In this document: positions 1 to 9,292 of the stretch, piece after piece
Layout: the number at the start of each line of letters is the position of its first letter
Numbering within the stretch: position 1 is the stretch's first letter
DNA from: a virus
Taxonomy: Duplodnaviria > Caudoviricetes
Virus record (IMG/VR): IMGVR_UViG_3300048861_000178
Location: 96,001-160,000 of that record
DNA length: 64,000 bases
Reading direction: 5' to 3' (one strand)
The notes under the pieces: generated by a model
The model's input: the letters and a program-made list of their open reading frames with translations, nothing else
Databases searched by the model: none
Told to the model about the DNA's origin: nothing
Position numbers and translations under genes: made by a program

Positions 1-1
1 C

Positions 2-328
2 GTGGACAAGGTGCGCTTTGCTTACGGCACGTTTGCCAAGTTCAAGACCACGACTGGCATGCGAGTGGTGCTGCTCATGACGCGTCTGGGAGCGATCGGG
101 TTGTACGAGTACATCGAAGACCCGAGCAAACCCAATCAGCTCAAGCTCGGTCTGTTGCAGTCCACCGCCATCGCCACGCACTGGTTTATCCGCAAGGTCG
201 ATGGCAACGACGCCCAACTCGAACAACTGCTGTGGCTCTTTGGTGTTCCTGAGAAGGGCATCATGAATCTGGCTGAGCGACTGGACGCACTTGCCGAGCA
301 ACTCGTCGTGACGCCTCAGCCTCAGTAA
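2..328 (+). CDS. Hypothetical phage protein, probably 5'-truncated by the window edge
   Basis: Open frame from the window start, codon usage like neighbouring genes. Confidence 0.6.
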   Translation: MDKVRFAYGTFAKFKTTTGMRVVLLMTRLGAIGLYEYIEDPSKPNQLKLGLLQSTAIATHWFIRKVDGNDAQLEQLLWLFGVPEKGIMNLAERLDALAEQLVVTPQPQ

Positions 329-341
329 CGGGGGTAAGACC

Positions 342-626
342 ATGCCGTACCAGTTTGTTTTGGGTTCACCGACGCGCGCGGGTACTCACAGCAACATCGA
401 GTACTTCAGCGAACACGCCGACCGGGGGGATGTACCCAATATCGTGACGCTGGAGGCTCGGGCGATGCGTTTCGATACGCAGGCCGAAGCCGGTGCTCGC
501 ATTGCAGATTTCATGCAAGCGAAGCAGGGCCAGAAGCAAGCGATTCGTCGTTCGTTGGGTCGGGAAGAGAAGCCGCTTTACGAACCGCAGGATAGTTCAC
601 CGATCTACATCTTGCCAGTTGAGTGA
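342..626 (+). CDS. Hypothetical phage protein
   Basis: 94-aa ORF, G-rich RBS-like sequence upstream, co-oriented. Confidence 0.6.
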   Translation: MPYQFVLGSPTRAGTHSNIEYFSEHADRGDVPNIVTLEARAMRFDTQAEAGARIADFMQAKQGQKQAIRRSLGREEKPLYEPQDSSPIYILPVE

Positions 627-714
627 CTGGACTTGGGGCGAGCTTCGGCTCGCCTCCTATGCCGTTAAATCGCAAGCCATCGTATGAATCTATTCTTTCT
701 CACTGGAGCAGTAC

Positions 715-1260
715 ATGTCCCTCTCTACCGAACTCGCTCAGCTTCAAACTGCAGTTACCAGTACCGGTACCGCGATCCACGCTAAGGATTCGGCCAATAG
801 CGGTGCAATCAGCGCCGAAGCGACGACACGCCAGAATGCAGATACTGCGCTTGGCGCGCAAGTCGGCAGTCAACGGGGTGTGGTGTCGATCAAAACGGGC
901 GCCAGCGCCTTGCCAGCCGATCCCTGGGGGTATGTGTACCAGACCGATGCGGCGAACACCACGGGCGCGCTGAGCACTGCCCTGCCTGCTGCCTTGCCCG
1001 CTAATGCCGGTAAGCGCATGGTCTTTGAAAATACCTCGGCGTTTAACTGGACGCTCACGGCCTCTAACATCCTGTCCTCGCAAAGCAACGGCGCAGCGTC
1101 GCTGGTGCTGGCCCCTGGCACTACAGCTGAAATCTATCACGATGGCGCCAGCTATCTGGTGGAAGGTGGCACGTATGTAAGCGGTGGCAACGGTAAGACG
1201 ACGGTGTCTGCTGCGGCTCCCTCGGGCGGTGCGAATGGCGATACTTGGTATCAGGTGTAA
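715..1260 (+). CDS. Tail fibre / virion structural protein
   Basis: Ala/Ser/Thr/Gly-rich; C-terminal TVSAAAPSGGANGDTWYQV motif typical of fibre proteins; GGAG RBS. Confidence 0.6.
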   Translation: MSLSTELAQLQTAVTSTGTAIHAKDSANSGAISAEATTRQNADTALGAQVGSQRGVVSIKTGASALPADPWGYVYQTDAANTTGALSTALPAALPANAGKRMVFENTSAFNWTLTASNILSSQSNGAASLVLAPGTTAEIYHDGASYLVEGGTYVSGGNGKTTVSAAAPSGGANGDTWYQV

Positions 1261-1262
1261 GC

Positions 1263-1976
1263 ATGCCGATCTACAAGAACATCAGTGGAACGTGGACCGT
1301 CACCAAACATTTGTGGCGCAACATCAATGGCACCTGGACCAAGGTCCGTCGAGCCTTTCGCAATGTGAACGGAACCTGGACGCAGTACCACGGCGATAAC
1401 GACTTTACGGCGTATTCGTTGGGACTGCTTCAGAACCGGACCGCGGCAGCCAACGGTGGACTGTGGATGAATGGCGCTCAGAAGTTGGGTCCGATTCGCT
1501 CCTACAGTCTCGTTACCTTTGACAAGTACGGCAACATCGCTTTTAGTCGCTCGTACGATATTTTCGGTGAAGCCTCGGATGGCGCACCGAGCTCGACACC
1601 TTATGGTTCCGCGCAGTTTTCAGCGGACGTAAGTGCACTCGCCGCAGGCACGAACTTCGTGCTGGTCACCTATGACGAACCGGCCAGTGGTGTCGCACCC
1701 GTTGAGCCAGGGGTAACGAATCCCCCGATTGCGGCAGTCGACAATGCATTGGTGGCGCTCGGTGCGTCAAGCTCGGTATTGAACGGTATTCAGTATCGCG
1801 GTGCTTATCTGCTGCTTGGTAGTAAGGGTGGCGCGAAGGCAGCGGAGCTCTACGCAGGCACGTATCAAACTGGCATTGGTAGTGGTGGCACGGACGCGGG
1901 GTGTTTGGATGGCGCCGTGGGCATCACGTTCAATGTGGTCAATGGCGTCATCAGTAACGTCGTAAGGACGATTTAA
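1263..1976 (+). CDS. Tail fibre-associated protein with GG/ILEI lectin-like domain
   Basis: Three N-terminal N(I/V)xGTWT repeats, then RSYDIF...GTNFVLVTYDEPAS...ALVALGAS...YRGAYLLLGSKG, matching the GG (ILEI/FAM3, T4 gp35) domain pattern. Confidence 0.6.
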   Translation: MPIYKNISGTWTVTKHLWRNINGTWTKVRRAFRNVNGTWTQYHGDNDFTAYSLGLLQNRTAAANGGLWMNGAQKLGPIRSYSLVTFDKYGNIAFSRSYDIFGEASDGAPSSTPYGSAQFSADVSALAAGTNFVLVTYDEPASGVAPVEPGVTNPPIAAVDNALVALGASSSVLNGIQYRGAYLLLGSKGGAKAAELYAGTYQTGIGSGGTDAGCLDGAVGITFNVVNGVISNVVRTI

Positions 1977-1979
1977 GCA

Positions 1980-2699
1980 ATGAACCCACTCGCACTTCTG
2001 GCAGCCGCGCAGCGCGCACAAGCTGTTTACATTGCGGACGCTCTGGCTGCTCAGAAGGCGTTCGAGGAGCTCGGCTACACCTTTCTCGGCCAATACCAAG
2101 ACGCTACGCACCAAGGGGTCGTCTCGCAGGATGCCAAGGGTCGTTACTATGTGACAATTGCAGGCACGCGTTACAACCAAGGCTACGGGGCTGACCTCGT
2201 CATGGATGTCTGGTTAGCCCCGCACGACTGTCTGAAAGGCGGTCAGGTGGCAGCGGGTGTCATCGAGGGCATGGATAAGTTCTGGGCCTGGGCGCTCTCA
2301 AAGATTCCGGCGACCGCCGCCATTAACATTGAAGGGCATTCGTTGGGTGCGGAGCGTACCTTGCTTGCACCGATGTTTATCCCGAAGGAACGGCTCGGCG
2401 ATCTCTATGCGTTTGAGCCACCGATGTTCGCTACGCCTGAATGGTGGAGCGCCTATGGGAGCGATCTCGAAGGTGCAGTCTGTACCGTGCAAGGGGCCGA
2501 TCGCTGGTTTGCCTGGCCGCCACGTCAGGGGTACATCCACAACCCCAACGGCAAGTACCTGTGGTTGCTCTCCACCAGCGTGCAAGCAATTAATGTCGCT
2601 GACTGGAAACCCACGGCCCTCTCGGAAGGTGACCACTCGATCGAACTCCTCGTCAGTCGGGTACAAGACGCGCTGACCAAGAATCTCTTTCCGCATTAA
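1980..2699 (+). CDS. Lipase class 3-like alpha/beta hydrolase
   Basis: YYVTIAGT oxyanion strand, nucleophile elbow IEGHSLG, C-terminal GDHS. Confidence 0.75.
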   Translation: MNPLALLAAAQRAQAVYIADALAAQKAFEELGYTFLGQYQDATHQGVVSQDAKGRYYVTIAGTRYNQGYGADLVMDVWLAPHDCLKGGQVAAGVIEGMDKFWAWALSKIPATAAINIEGHSLGAERTLLAPMFIPKERLGDLYAFEPPMFATPEWWSAYGSDLEGAVCTVQGADRWFAWPPRQGYIHNPNGKYLWLLSTSVQAINVADWKPTALSEGDHSIELLVSRVQDALTKNLFPH

Positions 2700-2773
2700 G
2701 TATTGTATGGAACTGTTCGTGATGGGGCATCGTTCCTTCTCCTGAGAGGTGGTTGTCGTTCGGCGCGAGCCGG

Positions 2774-2811
2774 TCATAGGGGCGGCCTCTCCGGGCCCGC
2801 CTTTATGACGC
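2774..2811 (+). terminator. Hairpin + TTTATGACG element
   Basis: GC stem followed by the window-wide TTATG(C/A)CG tail. Confidence 0.55.
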
Positions 2812-3000
2812 TATGTTATGCAGTGCCTGTGTGGCCTGTTAAGTCTACGCGATGAGAGCGCTTCATTGAAAGCGCATACGCTCGATGAGACCGTGAGACC
2901 TCCTCCGGAAAGGGGACATGGATGCCGGGACTTCGGTCCCGGCTCTATGCTGCAAATTTTACGTACACGGCTTACGGTATGCGGAAATGAGGAGCTCATC

Positions 3001-3411
3001 ATGGCAAACATGGGAACAGAATACATCATCATTGACACGATGGAACCGATGCGGCGGTTCTTGCATGACACAGCTTTCTTTAAGCACAATACGACGTGCG
3101 AGGGCGAGCAGATTGCCCAGGAATACCTGGAAGAGTATCTCGACATGGTGCTCGATCGCGTGGTCGACTGTGTGTCGCACGAACAAATGGCGTACTCGCG
3201 CCTGTGGGATTACGCTAATCAAATTCGCGACGAGGGCTTTCTGACCGATGAAGGTCAGTCCTCGATTGCGCTCGCTCAAGGCGTGGTGGAACTGGGTGAA
3301 CAGTTAGCCCAGCAGTTCAAAGAGCTGCGCGCCTATGACCACAACAAACAACTGAACTATTATCTCTCAGGTCGCATTGCGCATGCTGATCTGATTCTCG
3401 CAAGGATCTAG
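3001..3411 (+). CDS. Hypothetical protein
   Basis: GAGGAG RBS before ATG 3001 (start re-called from the ORF track). Confidence 0.65.
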   Translation: MANMGTEYIIIDTMEPMRRFLHDTAFFKHNTTCEGEQIAQEYLEEYLDMVLDRVVDCVSHEQMAYSRLWDYANQIRDEGFLTDEGQSSIALAQGVVELGEQLAQQFKELRAYDHNKQLNYYLSGRIAHADLILARI

Positions 3412-3413
3412 TT

Positions 3414-3827
3414 ATGCTCTATCCTAAAACAGTGGAAACCCCACCGGGGCCAGAGCGCATCGTGTTCGATCTGTGGGACATCGAACCGGTGTTTCGCAAG
3501 AAGGTCAACTGGATGAAAGACTTCGAGGGTTCACTGCCCGAAGTGCTGGAACTCTTGCCACCCTACATCAACAATCCGATTGATGCAGAAGCGGGCCTAA
3601 AGTCCTACATGGAGTGGACCGTGAAGGAACACGCAATGCAAGGCTCAGAGAACGACGGTAAGATCTATGCGGGGGCGATCCAGTTAGTCGGCCAGTACAT
3701 GATCGACCAGTTCATCAAGCTCGGGCTTTATCGGGACGGCATGTGTCACTACGTACCCGATGGCTGGTTGGATAACTACTCACCGGTCTACAAGAAGGTG
3801 AGCATCGAAGAACTCTTTAACGTCTAA
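3414..3827 (+). CDS. Hypothetical protein
   Basis: Operonic spacing. Confidence 0.65.
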   Translation: MLYPKTVETPPGPERIVFDLWDIEPVFRKKVNWMKDFEGSLPEVLELLPPYINNPIDAEAGLKSYMEWTVKEHAMQGSENDGKIYAGAIQLVGQYMIDQFIKLGLYRDGMCHYVPDGWLDNYSPVYKKVSIEELFNV

Positions 3828-3831
3828 CACC

Positions 3832-4578
3832 ATGGAAGAAGAAGAGAACAAGAAAGTCCCCCTCCTGCTTTTTTCAGGCGGCATGGACTCGACCTACCTG
3901 CTTCAATGGTTCCTGCAGTATGGCGATGTGGATACGCTCTTTGTTCAGGCTAATCCGCATCCGCTGAAACTGGTCAAGGAGAAAGAAGCGCGCAAGAAGC
4001 TCTTCGCGCTCTTTGAAAAGCACTATAAGCACCGGGTGCTCAAGGATCACGAGATTGAGCTGAATCGGCTCTTTGGCGAGAATAGCGACATCAAGGCAGT
4101 GCAGCCCATCAGTTGGCTCACGGCGGCGCTAATCGCCTTTGATTCGGAGCGCCATCATTCGGTGAGTGTCGGCTACGTGCTCGGGGATCAAGCACCGGTT
4201 TATCAGCCCCAGTTTAAAGCCTACTGGGAAGCAGGTTGGGTGATGACGCGTGGCCCCCGTGAAGCGGTACCGCAGTTAGTCTTCCCCCTGGTGGAAACGC
4301 ACCACACCAAGTACGACACCGTTGATCGGATCGATAAGCGGCTCGTGATGGCCACCTGGGTGTGTGAGACGCCCTACGAGGTTGGCGAGGGAGCGCACAA
4401 GACTATCAAAGCGTGTACGCGCTGTAACCCGTGTCGACTCCTGCATCACACGGTCAAGGACTGGGAAGACAATCACCACCAGAACTACATGGGTGAAGTG
4501 ATCAAAGCCATGAACCCGGATAAGTACCCGAGTTCCTTGTTGCACGAGCTGGCTGCCCAACCGAAGGACTTCGTGTAA
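3832..4578 (+). CDS. queC: QueC-like (7-cyano-7-deazaguanine synthase family) PP-loop ATPase
   Basis: LLLFSGGMDS PP-loop and C-terminal TWVC...CTRCNPC Zn site. Confidence 0.7.
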   Translation: MEEEENKKVPLLLFSGGMDSTYLLQWFLQYGDVDTLFVQANPHPLKLVKEKEARKKLFALFEKHYKHRVLKDHEIELNRLFGENSDIKAVQPISWLTAALIAFDSERHHSVSVGYVLGDQAPVYQPQFKAYWEAGWVMTRGPREAVPQLVFPLVETHHTKYDTVDRIDKRLVMATWVCETPYEVGEGAHKTIKACTRCNPCRLLHHTVKDWEDNHHQNYMGEVIKAMNPDKYPSSLLHELAAQPKDFV

Positions 4579-4766
4579 AAGTAATTTTTGTCTTGCATTC
4601 ACCATGTTGTGCACACAAGACCACTTGACCGATCTGACCGTATTCTCCACTCGATTGCGAGGCTAACAGGAGAGCACAACCTGATCGTCCTGCTCGAGGA
4701 GCCAACATGAAAAAGGAAGCGTGATGAAGAAGACCTAATTCATTTCAGTTTCTGTTTGAGTGTAAG

Positions 4767-5153
4767 ATGAGCAATTACGACGAAGTTAAGATTGACCTGG
4801 GGATGCCCGCCTCGCACAACTTGTTGTCTGAGACGGATCGCATGGAGTACGCCGATGACACCGATTGCGTGGAGTCGGTCGAAGTACTAAGTGTTGAGGG
4901 ACAAGGTTTTGAGTGGCGCGCGATCAGGCGCATGCCCATGGCTGCGTGGCAGATCGGTTTCGAGCTGAAACGCAACGGCAAGCATGAAGGCTTGGTGGTG
5001 TTTAACACAGAGCTCGGGGATGTCACCTTGGCACCAACGACCAATCGGGAAGCATTGGAAGGCGTGACGATGACGGTGCGCGTAACCCGCGTGAACTACA
5101 ATCGTCGCCTGCGGTCAACCGGTGAAGTGCGGGAACGGCCGCACGATCGATAA
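4767..5153 (+). CDS. Hypothetical protein
   Basis: 128-aa ORF, co-oriented. Confidence 0.55.
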   Translation: MSNYDEVKIDLGMPASHNLLSETDRMEYADDTDCVESVEVLSVEGQGFEWRAIRRMPMAAWQIGFELKRNGKHEGLVVFNTELGDVTLAPTTNREALEGVTMTVRVTRVNYNRRLRSTGEVRERPHDR

Positions 5154-5225
5154 GCAGTAGATGTAAACCTTAATGGTGAGGGGTGATGGGATCGAAAACT
5201 TCGAACTCAACATTAAGGTGTAGTT

Positions 5226-5804
5226 ATGCAGAAAATCATGTCGCTGTTTCAACGTCTTCGTGAAGCTGATCCCGTTCGGGGTCGTCTCGTCCACGACGTC
5301 GTGACCGAAGGTGCAGAGTGGGTAATTCGCGGTGAAGGTATCGCGACGCGCAAGTGGGACGGCGTAGCGGTCTTGATCAAAGAGGGTGTGGCGTTCATGC
5401 GCTACGATCTCAAGCAAGGTCGCCAAGAGCCGGAAGGCTTTATCCCTGCCCAAGCTGCCCCTGATCCGATTACCGGTCATTGGCCGGGTTGGATTCCTGC
5501 TGTCTGCCTGTCGGGCAAGTGGGTCATGGAGGCGGTGAACAAAGCGAAGCAGTTGTGGGAAGACGGGGTTCCGGATGGTACCTACGAAGCATGTGGTCCG
5601 AAGATTGGTACGCGTCATGGCGCCAATCCCGAAAAGCTCACCGAGCATGTTCTGATTCCGCATGGAAAAGACGTGATCGAGGATTGTCCGCGTGACTTCG
5701 TAGGCCTGAAGGACTATTTGCAAGCTCGCTCGATTGAGGGCATCGTGTGGCATCACGAAGATGGTCGCATGGTGAAAATCAAGAAGGCAGATTTCCCGTA
5801 TTAA
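5226..5804 (+). CDS. Minimal ATP-dependent RNA ligase-like nucleotidyltransferase (DUF5565 / C12orf29-RLIG1-like)
   Basis: Motif I TRKWDG, GTYEACGPKI, motif IV EGIVW, motif V MVKIK. Confidence 0.65.
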   Translation: MQKIMSLFQRLREADPVRGRLVHDVVTEGAEWVIRGEGIATRKWDGVAVLIKEGVAFMRYDLKQGRQEPEGFIPAQAAPDPITGHWPGWIPAVCLSGKWVMEAVNKAKQLWEDGVPDGTYEACGPKIGTRHGANPEKLTEHVLIPHGKDVIEDCPRDFVGLKDYLQARSIEGIVWHHEDGRMVKIKKADFPY

Positions 5805-5810
5805 AGCCTT

Positions 5811-5848
5811 GCATGGGCCCGGAGGGAAACCTCCGGGCTTTATGCCGC
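5811..5848 (+). terminator. Hairpin + TTTATGCCG element
   Basis: CCCGGAGG-GAAA-CCTCCGGG followed by CTTTATGCCG. Confidence 0.7.
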
Positions 5849-5885
5849 TCGTCCATGCTATGTTAATACTAAGCAAGAGGACATC

Positions 5886-8800
5886 ATGAGCTTGATCAAG
5901 ACCAAGCTGGCAGCGCTGGTCAAAATACTCGATCCGACTGGCGAACTGATGCCACAAGAAGCGCCGCAAGAAGTTCAAGAGACTGCGGCACCAACTGAGA
6001 CGACTGAGTCTACCGAGACCCTCAGTGTCGCTGAAGCACCCCCACAAGAACCCGCTGTCGTTGAGCCCGTGGAAGAACCGACCCCCGAACCTGAACCCGC
6101 TCCTGAACCCGAACCAGTGGTCGAAGAACCTGTCGCAACGGTTGAGCCTGAGGTCGAACCTGAACCAACGCCCGAGCCCGACCCAGTAGTGGTCGACGAC
6201 TTCGTCGAACCTGCTCCCGCTCCGAGGATGGCCTTGCGGATGATGGCGGCACCGCATCGAGCACTGAGAGCAACCCCCAGCGCGAGCCCGCTCACCTCCT
6301 CGTTGCAAAGTCTGCAGACTGCCATGACGGACTTTGTGGCGCCGTATAACTCAGCGCTCGTGAATACCAAGGTGCAAGAAGCGCTCACGGCCGACAATGC
6401 GGCTGAACTGAGTGATGCCACGCCTGCTGAAGTGATCACTGCCTTGGAAGCCGATCTGGATGCGCACGCGGCGACGTACGGTCAATCGCACAACGTCACA
6501 CCGCTTCAGGCGGGCACCTATTCGAAGACGCAGGTCGATAGCCAGTTGCAGGGACGGGTAGCCTTTAGTGGCATGCCGCTCACCCGCTATGGGGAGCTCA
6601 GTTATCTTCCGGCTGGAGTATCGGGTTCGTTTGAGGGTGCCACCACCAACATCGCCATTTACGGGGAAGCACGGAACTATCCGGGCATTGTCGAAGACGA
6701 CGGCACCTTTGTGTTCTTGCGCAGTGGCACCAATGGCTCCAAGCAAGGGGTTTACTACGCGTACACGAAAAACGTCTTGGCTGCTACGGATCTGACACCC
6801 ACGCGCACCAACCGCAAGTATGCTCCGGCGTATTTCCCGTCGGGCTCCAGTGCGCGCTATGTGTGTCGCAGTGACATCAATGGCGCCTGTATTTTGGGTC
6901 GGCTGCAAGATGCCAGTAACAATCTCACGGACTGGTTCCTCTCGCTCACCCACGGGACCTTTAACGACGCCAATCACACAGGCTGCGTGATTTCGGCAAG
7001 CAACCTGCCGGGCGTGATTAATAACGCTTATCCGGAAGCGTTCGTCGGTAATGATTCGGTGTTCCTAATCTTCCCCACAGCGGACTTGGCGGATAATACC
7101 GGCCTGCCGGTGGAATACCAGATCTACCAGATTCCTTTGTCATCTATCGGCAATGGCAATACGGTTGTCCCCACTGCACTCACGGGCTGGACGATCAATA
7201 GTTTCTACGGACAGAACATCTCTACCACCAACATGCGTTTTGCCAACGCCTGTGTGGATGTGGCAGCCAATCAACCGCTGGTGATCCGCGACCCGAGTGC
7301 GAACGGCTGCTATATCGTGCCGTTCTACCCGAACCAGTTGGGTCATTGTACCTATAGTGCACAAGGCTCGGATGGCAATGTCCGCACCCGCATCATGGTG
7401 GAGTTCCTGGTGCAAAATCCAGCGACTGGCGAGCAACCGGTGGTCAACATGTTCTACACTTTTGTGTGGAATCCGACGAATCGCACAGGTGGGGTGGAGT
7501 CCGCCTATAAGGGACCGTTGACTGTAGCCGTGAATGGCAGTAATAAGGTTGCGCTCTCAGGTCCTATTCTGCTCGCCGATCGCAGCTCGATTTCCTCAGG
7601 CAACTGGCTCACTGGTGAAACACTCTCCTATCACCCTTCGGGCTACTGGGTGTCGGTGGTGGATCAGAACCAGCCAGATTTGAACTGCTGGGTCACCCGG
7701 TGTAAGTTAAACGCAGGGGCGACGGCGCCGGTGGTGGCGCTTGCCGGTGGGTTGACGGTTACGGGTAAGCTTAACACCGTGTTCACCCCTGCGTATGGGT
7801 CGGCTGTAGGCGGAGGGCTGTTGGGTTCGTTTCAGCTCCCCAGTAACCGAGTGCTGGTGTATGGGGGTGGCAAGAACGCCGCAGGGAGTTTCCAGACTGA
7901 CCTGATCCTGGCTCAAAAGGGCGCAGATGGCTACACCTACAGCTCGCAGAACTTTGGCACGCTGACAGGCTTTGCTCCGAATGCTTACCGGCAGTTTGTC
8001 ACCGACCTCGGGAAGAATCCGGTTAGCTATGCAGGCATGATCAGTGAAATCACTGCTGCTGGTGCCATTACCTGTACGGGGGCTTCGTATATGGAGAACA
8101 TTTCCAATACGGGGTTCACGAACTGTGATAGCAACCTGACACTCACGGGCAATACGTCGATCGCACCGGCGCTGTATGGGTCGATCAAATCCGCCATGCT
8201 GTCTGCACTGGGCGTGGGTGCAGTGGATTCACGTGTCACCATCGTGGTGCCGCAAAATGCTTCGATTCCGCCGTTTGCTGTGCTGAACTGGATTTCGACT
8301 GACGCCGTGGCGAGAGACATGGCGGCCTTGGGAGAACTCTCCATTACCGCAGGCTCTCGGGCAGGGGCGATTACGGGCTTGTCGCTGGTATCGGTGTCAC
8401 CCGCAAAACAGAATTACAGCTTTGCGGGCGCTTTCACGGATAACCAGAATAACTACAAGTACACCTACATGGGCGGGGGTGTGACGATTGTCGAGTGTTC
8501 GGATTGCTGGCTTATCGGCGGGACCTCCAAACACTTCCTGAATCGGGTGATCTTCACGGGCATCTACACGTATCGCTTTGCGGTACCGAAGAGTACGAAC
8601 CGGCCAGACTGGAATCGACTGGTGACCAATCCCGTGTGGGGACAAATCGCTTCGGTCTTTTGGGGTGGGGTACCTGGCAAGGGTTTCGGGGAATTCCAGC
8701 AACTGGTGACGAATTCCGATGACTTGACGAAGCTCACCTTCCGACCCTTTGCGACCAACCTCTCGACCTACGATGCCTGGACCCAGTCCGCGCAAGCCAA

Positions 8801-9197
8801 TTGGTCCGTGCAGGTGTCGCAGGATGTGGCGCAAGGCTGGATTGTTTACTTTACGGACATTCAGCCGCTGATCATGAATGGCGTGTATTACAAGCTGCAA
8901 CCAGCCACGATTGATCTGACCACCATCCAAGCCAACCCGGCGAGCACAACGTTCTACATCTACGTGGTGTTCACCAATGGGACCCCAGCCTACGTGATCC
9001 GCACCACTGATCAGCCCGAGTCGCCGACCGTGCTTTTCATTGGCACGCTGGTCACCAATGCCACGCAGATCAGTGCAATCAACATGCAAAAGGTCACCCG
9101 CTTAGGGAACTATCGAGTCTCAGCCACCCGTGCAGGTGCGGCGATTCCGGTCTCGAGCGGCACGCCTGATGCAGCAGCAGTGCTTGCCTGGAAGTAA
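5886..9197 (+). CDS. Large tail fibre / virion protein (phiKZ-type fibre paralog family)
   Basis: Acidic PE-rich N-terminal linker, HNVTPLQAGTYS motif, long beta-rich body, C-terminus shared with 9293-9976. Confidence 0.7.
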   Translation: MSLIKTKLAALVKILDPTGELMPQEAPQEVQETAAPTETTESTETLSVAEAPPQEPAVVEPVEEPTPEPEPAPEPEPVVEEPVATVEPEVEPEPTPEPDPVVVDDFVEPAPAPRMALRMMAAPHRALRATPSASPLTSSLQSLQTAMTDFVAPYNSALVNTKVQEALTADNAAELSDATPAEVITALEADLDAHAATYGQSHNVTPLQAGTYSKTQVDSQLQGRVAFSGMPLTRYGELSYLPAGVSGSFEGATTNIAIYGEARNYPGIVEDDGTFVFLRSGTNGSKQGVYYAYTKNVLAATDLTPTRTNRKYAPAYFPSGSSARYVCRSDINGACILGRLQDASNNLTDWFLSLTHGTFNDANHTGCVISASNLPGVINNAYPEAFVGNDSVFLIFPTADLADNTGLPVEYQIYQIPLSSIGNGNTVVPTALTGWTINSFYGQNISTTNMRFANACVDVAANQPLVIRDPSANGCYIVPFYPNQLGHCTYSAQGSDGNVRTRIMVEFLVQNPATGEQPVVNMFYTFVWNPTNRTGGVESAYKGPLTVAVNGSNKVALSGPILLADRSSISSGNWLTGETLSYHPSGYWVSVVDQNQPDLNCWVTRCKLNAGATAPVVALAGGLTVTGKLNTVFTPAYGSAVGGGLLGSFQLPSNRVLVYGGGKNAAGSFQTDLILAQKGADGYTYSSQNFGTLTGFAPNAYRQFVTDLGKNPVSYAGMISEITAAGAITCTGASYMENISNTGFTNCDSNLTLTGNTSIAPALYGSIKSAMLSALGVGAVDSRVTIVVPQNASIPPFAVLNWISTDAVARDMAALGELSITAGSRAGAITGLSLVSVSPAKQNYSFAGAFTDNQNNYKYTYMGGGVTIVECSDCWLIGGTSKHFLNRVIFTGIYTYRFAVPKSTNRPDWNRLVTNPVWGQIASVFWGGVPGKGFGEFQQLVTNSDDLTKLTFRPFATNLSTYDAWTQSAQANWSVQVSQDVAQGWIVYFTDIQPLIMNGVYYKLQPATIDLTTIQANPASTTFYIYVVFTNGTPAYVIRTTDQPESPTVLFIGTLVTNATQISAINMQKVTRLGNYRVSATRAGAAIPVSSGTPDAAAVLAWK

Positions 9198-9208
9198 GCA
9201 CACATGAG

Positions 9209-9243
9209 AACCAGGGTACTTCGGTATCCTGGTTTTTATGCTG
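9209..9243 (+). terminator. Hairpin + TTTTTATGCTG element
   Basis: ACCAGGGTAC-TTCG-GTATCCTGGT followed by a T-run. Confidence 0.7.
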
Positions 9244-9292
9244 TCGTTTTAATCGGCAATCTTATAGAAGATCTCTTTACACGGATGTGATC

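Noticed and set aside
1314-1322. 9-nt match (tggcgcaac) to the reverse complement of an array spacer
   Set aside because: The partner spacer does not match alongside it, and single 9-mers are expected by chance in 64 kb. A full paired-spacer search could not be done by eye
6060-6200. CCCGAACCTGAA-like DNA repeats
   Set aside because: Explained by the Pro-Glu low-complexity protein linker
5115-6308. Long minus-strand ORFs (e.g. 5115-6308, 10663-11478, 11485-12354, 43107-44132, 54742-55545)
   Set aside because: Antisense shadows of well-supported plus-strand genes in GC-rich DNA
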